Source: a virus | UHGV virus genome: UHGV-0864142 | Strand: one strand, 5' to 3' | Length of the DNA stretch: 24,513 nucleotides | Part shown: in pieces, positions 9,867-17,940 of the stretch | How positions within the stretch are numbered: position 1 is the first letter of the stretch | Layout: each line of letters opens with the position of its first letter | Translations under genes and position numbers: made by a program | Notes under the pieces: model-generated | Database searches by the model: none | What the model saw: only the letters and a program-made list of their open reading frames with translations | Told to the model about the DNA's origin: nothing

Positions 9867-10154
9867 CTATAATTTTGAATATCCAGACTCAAATACCTCA
9901 GCAGGAGAATATGATTCATATCCATCCTCATAGACAACGTAATAGCCTCCAGACATTGGTCGGTGCTTACAGATATATTCCGCGCTAACATCAAATGCTG
10001 CGTATTTCTTATCATCCGGATGAATAATTGCCCCATAACTAGAAGAGCCAGTCTTACCAGACTGATCTGGGTTTGGCTTATGTTCTATAGAGCCAATCTT
10101 CAGGGCGCGAACTTTTTTGTGGCACTGGTATCTCGGCATTTCTTGTTCAGTCAT
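9867..10154 (-). CDS. Hypothetical protein (95 aa), late-region cargo
   Basis: ATG 10154 with GGAGTG SD. Tightly packed with neighbours (3-nt gap upstream, 9-nt gap downstream). No family recognised. Confidence 0.6.
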   Translation of the reverse strand: MTEQEMPRYQCHKKVRALKIGSIEHKPNPDQSGKTGSSSYGAIIHPDDKKYAAFDVSAEYICKHRPMSGGYYVVYEDGYESYSPAEVFESGYSKL

Positions 10155-10157
10155 CTC

Positions 10158-10400
10158 TTACACTCCGGTAGTGAACAGGTCTAACGCTTCCTTCGATTTA
10201 CGCACCGCTTCGATAGTGCGGGTCGTGATATCTGAATTAGCGCCACCTGACTGGAAGTGAATTTTGAATAGCTCAAGCTTCAGTTCGTCAGTGCCGATGA
10301 ATTGAAATGCTTCTTCTGCGGCTGCGTTCTGGTTCATGACCAGTTTGTAAATCTCTAACTGGAATTTCTGTTCTTCAGTCATGGGAATAATCTCTGCCAT
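10158..10400 (-). CDS. Hypothetical protein (80 aa), late-region cargo
   Basis: ATG 10400 with GGAG 8 nt upstream. No family recognised. Confidence 0.6.
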   Translation of the reverse strand: MAEIIPMTEEQKFQLEIYKLVMNQNAAAEEAFQFIGTDELKLELFKIHFQSGGANSDITTRTIEAVRKSKEALDLFTTGV

Positions 10401-10503
10401 TGTTGGCTCCGTTTATCCGTTAAAAGGGATATCAGTTAAGTTATCCCGTGTAGGGTATAAGCCATTATCAAAGCCACTCTGTAGGGAATGGCTTTTGTAA
10501 TAA

Positions 10504-10875
10504 CTACTGTTCGCTTAACTTCTGCTTCAGCAAGTAACCTTCCAGCATCCAGATTTTATTCACCGCATTTTCGCGGGCGATCTTGCGACCGATCTCCGGG
10601 TCGAAGTTTTCCGGGCTGGCGCAGGCGCTTTCGCCGGTGACGGTGAAGCCGTTGCGCAGCACCAGGACGCAGAATGTAAGAAGCTTTAATGCTTCCTGAC
10701 TTTCGGTTAAATCAAGCGCGGATTTGTATGTCGCCATAGCGCCCTCTCCGCCAATACCATCGTATGCGGTGAAGCAATGCTCGCTTTTAATCACGTCTTC
10801 GATGTGCTGCGGGGTGATTCGCGGAGCGGTTTTGCCTTTCTCAACGATTTCTTTTTCGATTTGCTGGTCGTTCAT
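10504..10875 (-). CDS. Hypothetical protein (123 aa), late-region cargo
   Basis: ATG start at 10875. Same orientation and operon context as the flanking genes. I could not name a family. Confidence 0.6.
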   Translation of the reverse strand: MNDQQIEKEIVEKGKTAPRITPQHIEDVIKSEHCFTAYDGIGGEGAMATYKSALDLTESQEALKLLTFCVLVLRNGFTVTGESACASPENFDPEIGRKIARENAVNKIWMLEGYLLKQKLSEQ

Positions 10876-11062
10876 AATTATGACCCTGTAGAGTAGTTGC
10901 TTGATTAGGATGTCTTTCCATCAGTCCGCCACCACAAAGAATCTTTTTTGCCATAAGGCTGGAGGTTCATCTTTCAGTGGCTGCCAGTGTTATTTCCCCA
11001 CTTACTGGCTTGGGTTGTTTCGCTGTACTGCCGTAATGCAAAAACTGGATTAACCTGCGAAA

Positions 11063-11593
11063 TCACACCATTCCGGGCAAATACATTTGCACTTCATTTG
11101 CCGCTCTCTCACGTGCAACATGAAGCAATCTTTTTCGCCCACCAACGCCCCACTTAGCCATTTGGCTTGCGCACTGGCTTATCGCTTTGGTTTCAGTATT
11201 GATGATGTGATCGATTCTATTCAGACGGGACATTGCGCCAACGCCGAGACGGACGACCGTTTTGAAAACTTCATAAACTTCGATTTCAAATTCCGGCTTA
11301 ATCCATGCTGCATATCTGATTGCCAGAAGTTCAACACCCCACACACCTGGTTCTGCACCACCTTTGATTATTTTAAGTGGTTGAATTTGTTCCAAAGTGC
11401 TTTTTTGCACTTTGGCCTCCAGTGCTTTTATGAAGCGTTTTATCTGCGCGCTACGCAAAAACTGGCTTGGGCGCTGTTGCTCTGTAGCCTCTCCATTTGC
11501 AACTGCTGCTGCATGGAGATCGTTTAAGTTGTAGCGTCCATCCTCATCAACACGAACGGACACACCATTGACAATAACTGTTGGGTACTTCAT
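11063..11593 (-). CDS. KilA-N domain protein (176 aa)
   Basis: N-terminal VNGVSVRVDEDGRYNLNDLHAAA...QRPSQFLRSAQIKRFIKAL is typical of KilA-N (APSES-like) DNA-binding domains. ATG at 11593. Confidence 0.7.
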   Translation of the reverse strand: MKYPTVIVNGVSVRVDEDGRYNLNDLHAAAVANGEATEQQRPSQFLRSAQIKRFIKALEAKVQKSTLEQIQPLKIIKGGAEPGVWGVELLAIRYAAWIKPEFEIEVYEVFKTVVRLGVGAMSRLNRIDHIINTETKAISQCASQMAKWGVGGRKRLLHVARERAANEVQMYLPGMV

Positions 11594-11735
11594 CAGTGAT
11601 TACCTTTTAGTGATGAACCTTGTCACACAGGATTCCGGCCCACAGAAAGGCACCGATCACCAAACCGGCATCCTCAAGGGTCATCCTGAAAGGTTCTGTG
11701 TTCAGAAGTCGCGCGTGTGAAGCGCGTTTGTTGCA

Positions 11736-11764
11736 GATATAAAAAAGCCCCGCGAATGCGAGGC
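11736..11764 (-). terminator. Intrinsic terminator downstream of Rz (7-bp GC-rich stem, loop AUUC, then UUUUUUAU)
   Basis: Minus-strand RNA GCCUCGC-AUUC-GCGGGGC-UUUUUUAUAUCUG. Shares the UUUUUUAUAUCUG tail with tR' further upstream. Confidence 0.6.
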
Positions 11765-11939
11765 TAAATCCTGGTATTTGTAATGAACTGGCTCTTATCT
11801 CAACGCAGCCCCTTACTGCGCGCCAGATGCTCAATATCAAGCATCAGCAATGAGATGTTTAATCTGGATTCACTCCAGAAGTGATCACCACCCTGTCTAC
11901 AGAGCCAGATGTGAAGGATGATGAGTAAAATTATCGCTA

Positions 11940-12398
11940 TCATCGAAGGCATTGCGTCCTGATGTACTCCTGCAGGTAGTTAACCTGCGCGGTTATCTTG
12001 TCGATTCCACTTCGGAGACGGTAATAATTGAGTTCAGCATCTGCTGTAAGTCTTGGGCTTTCTCCATCGCCCATGCTGCTGGCTCCGGTCGTTGACTTTG
12101 CACAGGTGGCGGCGACTTGCAGGCGCTTACGCCCAGCAGAAACATCAGCACGGAGACTTTCGATAGTCGCATTAGCATCAGCAAGCTCCTTTGTGTATCT
12201 GGCGTCAAGTTCTGCTACATCACGTTGACGCTGCTGCATGTCAGCGATGGTGGCGGTCGCCTGCTTCAGCTCACTGACTTTTTTATCACGCTGTTCTTTG
12301 TAGGCGATGGCGTTATCACGGTAATGATTAACAGCCCATGACAGGCAGACGATGATGCAGATAACCAGAGCGGAGATAATCGCGGTTACTCTGCTCAT
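11940..12398 (-). CDS. Rz: i-spanin Rz (152 aa)
   Basis: First ~30 residues [31 protein letters not shown] match lambda Rz as recalled; the rest is divergent but still Rz-like coiled coil. ATGA overlap with the R stop. Confidence 0.93.
   Translation of the reverse strand: MSRVTAIISALVICIIVCLSWAVNHYRDNAIAYKEQRDKKVSELKQATATIADMQQRQRDVAELDARYTKELADANATIESLRADVSAGRKRLQVAATCAKSTTGASSMGDGESPRLTADAELNYYRLRSGIDKITAQVNYLQEYIRTQCLR
11993..12178 (-). CDS. Rz1: o-spanin Rz1, lipoprotein embedded in the +1 frame of Rz
   Basis: [20 protein letters not shown] has a signal peptide and lipobox (LGVSAC), followed by a Pro-rich segment, entirely inside Rz. Start at 12178 or 12172 is ambiguous. Confidence 0.8.
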   Translation of the reverse strand: MLMRLSKVSVLMFLLGVSACKSPPPVQSQRPEPAAWAMEKAQDLQQMLNSIITVSEVESTR

Positions 12399-12871
12399 AC
12401 CTCAATCTCTCTGACCGTTCCGCCTGCTTCTTTGAATTTTGCAATCAGGCTGTCAGCCTTATGCTCGAACTGACCATAACCAGCGCCCGGCAGTGAAGCC
12501 CAGATATTGCTGCAACGGTCGATAGCCTGACGAATATCACCGCGATCAATCATCGGTAAAGCGCCACGCTCTTTAATCTGCTGCAATGCCACTGCGTCCT
12601 GGCTTTTGGGAGAGAAGTCTTTCAGGCCAAGTTGCTTGCGGTAGGCATCCCACCAACGTGAAAGAAGCTGGTAACGTCCGGCGGCTGTTGATTTGAGCTT
12701 TGGGTTTAGCGTGACAAGTTTGCGAGGGTGATCGGAGTAATCAGTGAATAGCTCTCCGCCTACAATGACGTCATAACCATGATTTCTGGTTTTCTGCCGT
12801 CCGTTATCAGTTCCCTCCGACCACGCCAGCATATCGAGGAACGCCTTACGTTGATTATTGATTTCCACCAT
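12395..12871 (-). CDS. R: Endolysin R (lytic transglycosylase, 158 aa)
   Basis: Essentially identical to lambda R over its full length as recalled ([53 protein letters not shown]...). Confidence 0.97.
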   Translation of the reverse strand: MVEINNQRKAFLDMLAWSEGTDNGRQKTRNHGYDVIVGGELFTDYSDHPRKLVTLNPKLKSTAAGRYQLLSRWWDAYRKQLGLKDFSPKSQDAVALQQIKERGALPMIDRGDIRQAIDRCSNIWASLPGAGYGQFEHKADSLIAKFKEAGGTVREIEV

Positions 12872-13178
12872 CTTCTACTCCGGCTTTTTTAGCAGCGAAG
12901 CGTTTGATAAGCGAACCAATCGAGTCAGTACCGATGTAGCCGATGAACACGCTCGTTATATAAGCGAGATTGCTACTTAGTCCGGCGAAGTCGAGAAGGT
13001 CACGAATGAACCAGGCGATAATGGCGCACATCGTTGCGTCGATTACTGTTTTTGTAAACGCACCGCCATTATATCTGCCGCGAAGGTACGCCATTGCAAA
13101 CGCAAGGATTGCCCCGATGCCTTGTTCCTTTGCCGCGAGAATGGCGGCTAACAGGTCATGTTTTTCTGGCATCATCAT
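12855..13178 (-). CDS. S: Holin/antiholin S (class I holin, 107/105 aa dual start)
   Basis: Near-identical to lambda S (…[64 protein letters not shown]...). Start region reads ATG ATG ATG. Confidence 0.97.
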   Translation of the reverse strand: MMMPEKHDLLAAILAAKEQGIGAILAFAMAYLRGRYNGGAFTKTVIDATMCAIIAWFIRDLLDFAGLSSNLAYITSVFIGYIGTDSIGSLIKRFAAKKAGVEDGGNQ

Positions 13179-13571
13179 GTCTTACCCCCAATAAGGGGAT
13201 TTGCTCTATTTAATTAGGAATAAGGTCGATTACTGATAGAACAAATCCAGGCTACTGTGTTTAGTAATCAGATTTGTTCGTGAACGATATGCACGGGCAA
13301 AACGGCATGAGGTTGTTAGCGCAGCCTCTTGCCACCCGCTTTCACGAAGGTCATGTGTAGAAGGCCGCAGCGTAACTATCACTGATGAGTTCAGGATAGC
13401 CAGAGGCTACGGCTCAGTTTGGGTTGTGCTGTTGCTGGGCGGCGATGACGCCTGTACGCATTTGGTGATCCGGTTCTGCTTCCGGTATTCGCTTAATTCA
13501 GCACAACGGAAAGAGCACTCAATGCATTTAAGCCAAGCCCCATAAGGGAGAATGCTCTTACCTGTTGCACA

Positions 13572-13635
13572 GATATAAAAAATCCCGAAACCGTTATGCA
13601 GGCTCTAACTATTACCTGCGAACTGTTTCGGGATT
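13572..13635 (-). terminator. tR' terminator (3' end of the lambda 6S late leader transcript)
   Basis: Minus-strand AAUCCCGAAAC...GUUUCGGGAUUUUUUAUAUCU, matching lambda tR' as recalled. Lies about 200 nt downstream of the pR' start. Confidence 0.75.
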
Positions 13636-13764
13636 GCATTTTACAGGCCTCTCAGCCTGCGATGGTTGGAGTTCCAGACGATACGTCGAAGTGACCAACT
13701 AGGCGGAATCGGTAGTAAGCGCCGCCTCTTTTCATCTCACTACCACAACGAGCGAATTAACCCA

Positions 13765-13805
13765 TCGTTGGGTCAAATTTACCCAACTTTATTCAATAAG
13801 TCAAT
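13765..13805 (-). promoter_or_regulatory. Late promoter pR' with qut (Q utilisation) region
   Basis: Minus strand -35 TTGACT (13804..13799), 17-nt spacer, -10 TAAATT (13781..13776), start near 13769 (AACGAUGGGUUAAUUCG...). Matches the lambda pR' region as recalled. Confidence 0.75.
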
Positions 13806-13846
13806 ATCATGCCGTTAATATGTTGCCATCCGTGGCAATCATGCTG

Positions 13847-14470
13847 CTAACGTGTGACCGCATTCAAAATGTTGTCTGCGATTGACTCTTCTTTGTGGCA
13901 TTGCACCACCAGAGCGTCATACAGCGGCTTAACAGTGCGTGACCAGGTGGGTTGAGTAAGGTTTGGGATTAGCATCGTTACAGCGCGATATGCGGCGCTT
14001 GCTGGCATTCTTGAATAGCCGACACCTTTGCATCTTCCGCACTCTTTCTCAACAACTCTCCCCCACTGCTCTGTTTTGGCAATATCAACCGCCCGACCTG
14101 TACCGTGGCAATCTCTGCATCTTGCACCCGGCGTCGCGGCACTACGGCAATAATCCGCATAAGCGAATGTTGCGAGCACTTGCAGCACCTTTGCCTTAGT
14201 ATTTCCTTCGAGCTTTGCCACACCACGGTATTTCCCCGATACCTTGTGTGCAAATTGCATCAGATAGTTGATAGCCTTTTGTTTGTCGTTCTGGCTGAGT
14301 TCGTGCTTACCGCAGAATGCAGCCATTCCGAATCCGGCTTGTGATTGCGCCATCCCCATAGCTGCCATCACATCAGTACCGGAAAGAGAGTCAGAAGCCG
14401 TGGCCCGTGGTGAGTCGCTCATCATCGGGCTTTTTGGCGAATGAAATTTAGCTACGCTTTCGAGTCTCAT
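13847..14470 (-). CDS. Q: Late antiterminator Q (lambda-type, 207 aa)
   Basis: Near-identical to lambda Q over the whole length as recalled (MRLESVAKFHSPKSPMMSDSPRATASDSLSGTDVMAAMGMAQSQAGFG...). ATGA overlap with ninH. Confidence 0.97.
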   Translation of the reverse strand: MRLESVAKFHSPKSPMMSDSPRATASDSLSGTDVMAAMGMAQSQAGFGMAAFCGKHELSQNDKQKAINYLMQFAHKVSGKYRGVAKLEGNTKAKVLQVLATFAYADYCRSAATPGARCRDCHGTGRAVDIAKTEQWGRVVEKECGRCKGVGYSRMPASAAYRAVTMLIPNLTQPTWSRTVKPLYDALVVQCHKEESIADNILNAVTR

Positions 14471-14655
14471 CGTCTTCCCCTCTTGCCCTGTTTGACCATC
14501 AGGACGCCGTTAACTATTACATGACACTCGCCTTTGCTGTCTCGGTTGTACTTGAGCACTGTTCCTCTTGCGCAGGAAAGCATCCTTGCCACTTCGGTCT
14601 GATTGCCTCGTGTCTGGATAAGAAGCTCTGGTATCGTTTGAATTGTGGCGTTCAT
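14467..14655 (-). CDS. ninH: NinH (62 aa)
   Basis: TIPELLIQTRGNQTEVARMLSCARGTVLKY...IVNGVLMV resembles lambda NinH as recalled. Position directly upstream of Q. Confidence 0.8.
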   Translation of the reverse strand: MNATIQTIPELLIQTRGNQTEVARMLSCARGTVLKYNRDSKGECHVIVNGVLMVKQGKRGRR

Positions 14656-15014
14656 GCGTTCTCCAGTTCGGTGATTTTTATTCCAAGCCTTCCGCCTGGT
14701 ACTTTCACACCACGAATTACGCGAATGTCATCGAATTGCTCGTCGTCTTCCGCAAATCCGGCATGGATAAGGGAGTCGAGTAAACCTTTCAGGATGTTAT
14801 CGAGGTCGCGGCGGCGGGAGTCTGGAACGTCTGCGATGACTTTTATGCGGAGTCGTGATTTGGTGAAAATGTCTAACTTGAGTTGGCGGATGATTTGCTG
14901 AACGTCTTTTCGGTATTTCTGGCCTTTATCGCTGATGTAGTATTGGCTTCCCCGTCTTCGCCAGTAGGTGTTCACCGACGGCGGGTATGGAAGCACAAAC
15001 TGATATTCGTTCAT
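14652..15014 (-). CDS. rusA: Holliday junction resolvase RusA (120 aa)
   Basis: LPYPPSVNTYWRRRG...DVPDSRRRDLDNILKGLLDSL...GGRLGIKITE matches the RusA family (DLP12 RusA as recalled). Confidence 0.9.
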   Translation of the reverse strand: MNEYQFVLPYPPSVNTYWRRRGSQYYISDKGQKYRKDVQQIIRQLKLDIFTKSRLRIKVIADVPDSRRRDLDNILKGLLDSLIHAGFAEDDEQFDDIRVIRGVKVPGGRLGIKITELENA

Positions 15015-15301
15015 GGCTTAATCTTCCCCTCCTTCAGCAGTATCGCCTGCGTCCTGATCACGCCTTCCAGGTGGTAAAGTCTGGCGTCTTTGTTGTCGAG
15101 GTTATGGGTGCGTCGGTCGATTTCATCGTGACACGCGCTACAAGCCCATGCTCCGATCAGGTCGTCAGGTTTCATTCCCGTTCCGCAAATTCCAGCCATC
15201 CGGTAATGTGCCAGAACTGTAGTTTCAGGGTTGCCATTGCATACGCCGTAAATACGTACCTGGCATTCTCTGCCGCGTGCTTCTTTGCGTAGATTAGCCA
15301 T
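15011..15301 (-). CDS. ybcO: YbcO-like Cys-rich protein (DUF1364 family, putative nuclease), 96 aa
   Basis: 96 aa, Cys/His-rich, directly upstream of rusA as in E. coli DLP12 ybcO-rusA. Family call from recall and synteny. Confidence 0.7.
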   Translation of the reverse strand: MANLRKEARGRECQVRIYGVCNGNPETTVLAHYRMAGICGTGMKPDDLIGAWACSACHDEIDRRTHNLDNKDARLYHLEGVIRTQAILLKEGKIKP

Positions 15302-16023
15302 TAAGCAGCCTCCCCTGTTACTTTCAGCATTCCGTTATCGAGCAGCTTTCTGGTCAGCCACTGTTGACCACGCCCGGTGATTTTTGTGGTGAACGATATC
15401 TGTATTCCGTGATTTGTGTTGACCGCTGTTTCTTTCACTGTGAAATAGCCGCGCTCCATATATTCCTGCATTGGCACATTTCGCCGGGAACCTGAAGCAA
15501 TAAGGATTTTGTGATCTCGCATCCACGCAAACAGTTTGTTTGGACCAATTCCAACAACCTTTGCAAAGTTTCCAATCAAAATTCCGCTGGCCTCGCCAAC
15601 GCGATCGGCAAACTCAACTTTAGGTGCGGCAATTGCGAGCTGGTTTTCCAGTTGCATTTTCTGCTCAGCAAGGTCAGCAGCAAGGCGCAACGCTTCTGGT
15701 AGCGTTTTTGGGATATTAACCGCAGCTTCTTCAAGCTCTCGCCAGCGGTCAACAAGGCGAGCGGTGAACTCTGGCGACAACTGGGCAACAACGACAATAC
15801 TGTCTCGCTTACCTTGTTCGCCTTCGAAAACGTAATGCTCGTACTGAACATTGAACCCTAAGTTATTGATTCTTTCGGAAACCTCAATTTGAGGAAGCCG
15901 GATAACACCATTTTTAGCCAGCGTTTCGATGGTACGTTTCACATTGTCATGACGCTTACCCACCAACTCAGCGATTTCAATGCTTGTCATTTTGATGGCA
16001 TTGCCATTTATTAACTCATTCAT
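15301..16023 (-). CDS. Phage antirepressor: Rha-family N-terminal domain fused to KilAC C-terminal domain (240 aa)
   Basis: N-terminal IKMTSIEIAELVGKRHDNVKRTIETL is a Rha-type regulatory domain. The C-terminal half is KilAC-like (Ant C-terminal domain). Domain calls from recall. Confidence 0.7.
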   Translation of the reverse strand: MNELINGNAIKMTSIEIAELVGKRHDNVKRTIETLAKNGVIRLPQIEVSERINNLGFNVQYEHYVFEGEQGKRDSIVVVAQLSPEFTARLVDRWRELEEAAVNIPKTLPEALRLAADLAEQKMQLENQLAIAAPKVEFADRVGEASGILIGNFAKVVGIGPNKLFAWMRDHKILIASGSRRNVPMQEYMERGYFTVKETAVNTNHGIQISFTTKITGRGQQWLTRKLLDNGMLKVTGEAA

Positions 16024-16192
16024 CGTCTTCTTCCTCGTACATTGAGCTATTCGGATCGCTCATCAGTTCTGCGCAGCAGTGCTCACACATGTGAACTTCC
16101 AGCACATGCAGCTTCTGACCGCAGTTAGCGCACGTTAAAGCCCGCTCGACGCTTTCTTTCTGGTATTGAAGGGATTGGGATGGGCTAAGCAT
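16016..16192 (-). CDS. ninF: NinF (58 aa)
   Basis: Not in the supplied track. Translates [58 protein letters not shown], matching lambda NinF as recalled. Stop overlaps the antirepressor start by 8 nt. Confidence 0.8.
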   Translation of the reverse strand: MLSPSQSLQYQKESVERALTCANCGQKLHVLEVHMCEHCCAELMSDPNSSMYEEEDDE

Positions 16193-16556
16193 TATTGGCG
16201 TCCTGAATCATGAGAAATACAATCATGGCGGCGCGGAGGGGATTTTCATGTATAGCTCGCTTAGATTTACAGTAGGCCACACCGCGTGCACCCCACTCGT
16301 CTTCATCGAGATTGATAATGCTAATCCTGTATTTTTCAATAATCGGCCATGCGTCTGCTGGGTTTGCGCATGGGTTAAAGGAACCGCGCTCAACTTCTAC
16401 TTCAACTGCGTCTCCGTTTACAATGTCTCCCTCAAATGAGACAAACACCATATCGCCATTCTCACCTTCTTTGTAATCCGGTGATCCGTTATGAATAGCT
16501 TCGAATACAGCCACGTTAATTTCAAAATCACTTAACTGTGAATAATCCATTGTCAT
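16185..16556 (-). CDS. Hypothetical acidic protein (123 aa) in the ninX position between ninE and ninF
   Basis: ATG 16556 forms an ATGA overlap with the ninE stop; the track ORF extends upstream but that would overlap ninE by 40 nt. Family not recognised. Confidence 0.55.
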   Translation of the reverse strand: MTMDYSQLSDFEINVAVFEAIHNGSPDYKEGENGDMVFVSFEGDIVNGDAVEVEVERGSFNPCANPADAWPIIEKYRISIINLDEDEWGARGVAYCKSKRAIHENPLRAAMIVFLMIQDANNA

Positions 16557-16729
16557 TTCCTCGCACGATGTCTTAGCCACCGGATATCCCACAGGTGAGC
16601 CGTGTAATTGAAGGTTTTTACGTCAGATTCTTTTGGGATTGGCTTGCGTTTATTTCTGGAGCGTTTCGTTGGAAGGTATTTGCAGTTTTCGCAGATGATG
16701 TCGGTGAAACTTCGTCGCTGTCGTCTCAT
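16553..16729 (-). CDS. ninE: NinE (58 aa)
   Basis: [58 protein letters not shown] matches lambda NinE as recalled. ATG 16729 forms an ATGA overlap with the methyltransferase stop. Confidence 0.8.
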   Translation of the reverse strand: MRRQRRSFTDIICENCKYLPTKRSRNKRKPIPKESDVKTFNYTAHLWDIRWLRHRARK

Positions 16730-17253
16730 GCCGCCCTCCTGACGCCCTGCCCGATCGCCATCAATGCCGCTTTGGATACGGTAGTAAACATCCGTCGAGG
16801 ACTGATGAACGGTCGCCAAATCAGCAGCATGGAGCCTTTACTGTTTCCCTTCTTCTCCAGCCCTGTCGATGGTTCGATAAAATTAATCCGTCCATCAGTG
16901 ATAATGCGAACTTCGTCAACACTCTCCAGAGCCTTGCTGAACCATCCGACAGACATATCCTCTGGCACAAGCATCACTACCGTCTGTCGCTGTTGTATGC
17001 TCTGCTCAGCGGCTTTTTCCACCCACGGCCTGATATTGCTGTACGGTGGGTTATTCCAGATTGCACCGTGGCTTATCCACTCAGAATTGAGCGCGTCGTC
17101 GGCCTCAGTTAGCCAGTGAGCACACAGAGCATTTTTGTCGCTCGCTGCCGAATCCAGCCAGAATCCAAACTCAATATCCAGTGCATCAAAAAGCCAAAGC
17201 GGCGTTTGCCAGCAGTCCTTGTCGTGTGCTGGCGTATTTGATTTGATAGTCAT
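16726..17253 (-). CDS. Phage DNA N6-adenine methyltransferase (Dam-like), 175 aa
   Basis: NPPY motif (WNNPPYSN) typical of N6-adenine/N4-cytosine MTases, plus a [13 protein letters not shown]-terminal region. ATG 17253 forms an ATGA overlap with the ninB stop. Occupies the lambda ninC/ninD position. Confidence 0.78.
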   Translation of the reverse strand: MTIKSNTPAHDKDCWQTPLWLFDALDIEFGFWLDSAASDKNALCAHWLTEADDALNSEWISHGAIWNNPPYSNIRPWVEKAAEQSIQQRQTVVMLVPEDMSVGWFSKALESVDEVRIITDGRINFIEPSTGLEKKGNSKGSMLLIWRPFISPRRMFTTVSKAALMAIGQGVRRAA

Positions 17254-17690
17254 GCTGCCCGATCTCCCCATCGCGCTTTCCATTCGAGAGCCAGTCGCGC
17301 TTCGTCTGACCACTTAACGCCACGCTCTGTACCGAATGCCTGTATAAGCTCTAATAGCTCCGCAAATTCGCTTACACGCATCCTGCTGGTTGACTGGCCT
17401 ATTACCACAAAGCCATTCCCGGCAAGGTTAGGAACAACGTCCTGCTGCTTTAAGGCTGCGGTAAACACACACTTCCAGCTTTCTGCATCCAGCCAGCGAC
17501 CATGCCATTCAACCTGACGAGAAACGTCACCTAAGCAGGCCCATAGCTTCCTGTTTTGGTCTAAGCTGCGGTTGCGTTCCTGAATGGTTACTACGATTGG
17601 TTTGGTTGGGTCTGGAAGGATTTGCTGTACTGCGTGAATAGCGTTTTGCTGATGTGCTGGAGATCGAATTTCAAAGGTTAGTTTTTTCAT
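17250..17690 (-). CDS. ninB: NinB / Orf recombination mediator (146 aa)
   Basis: Near-identical to lambda NinB as recalled (MKKLTFEIRSPAHQQNAIHAVQQILPDPTKPIVVTIQERNRSLDQNRKLWACLGDVSRQVEWHG...). Confidence 0.95.
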   Translation of the reverse strand: MKKLTFEIRSPAHQQNAIHAVQQILPDPTKPIVVTIQERNRSLDQNRKLWACLGDVSRQVEWHGRWLDAESWKCVFTAALKQQDVVPNLAGNGFVVIGQSTSRMRVSEFAELLELIQAFGTERGVKWSDEARLALEWKARWGDRAA

Positions 17691-17883
17691 GACTTCCCTC
17701 TCTAACAGATTTCAGGTTATTCCACTCCGTTACCGCACTGCGATAATTCGCGGCCGCCACAACAGCGTGGTTAGCGCAGTAGATTTGGCACCCGTTCTCC
17801 ATGTCGAATATTGTCGGTGATTTTCCGCATTTACATTTTTTGGCACGCGGTGCGTCTGAACACATTCCGTTAACGGTGTCCAT
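17671..17883 (-). CDS. Small Cys-rich (zinc-ribbon-like) protein, 70 aa
   Basis: ATG 17883 with GAGGGGG SD. Cysteines at CKC...C...C spacing. Overlaps the ninB start by 20 nt. No family recognised. Confidence 0.55.
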   Translation of the reverse strand: MDTVNGMCSDAPRAKKCKCGKSPTIFDMENGCQIYCANHAVVAAANYRSAVTEWNNLKSVREGSHEKTNL

Positions 17884-17940
17884 CAGGATCCCCCTCGTTC
17901 TTAATCCAATAAAAAAGGGTTTTCTTCACTGAACACTCCT

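Noticed and set aside
11607-11840. 77-aa minus-strand ORF between Rz and the KilA-N gene
   Set aside because: It spans the strong intrinsic terminator at 11736-11764, has no convincing RBS, and its translation is unlike a real protein. The region is better explained as terminator plus intergenic sequence.
11993-12208. Full 71-aa track ORF as Rz1
   Set aside because: The lipoprotein signal peptide and lipobox begin at the internal Met (12178 or 12172). The upstream 10-12 codons are not needed and are not expected for an o-spanin.
13195-13846. Possible tRNA or small protein gene in the 650-bp Q-to-S gap
   Set aside because: The segment corresponds to the lambda pR'-qut-6S-tR' late regulatory region as recalled. 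No cloverleaf-like pattern or RBS-led ORF was seen. A tRNA scan would settle it.
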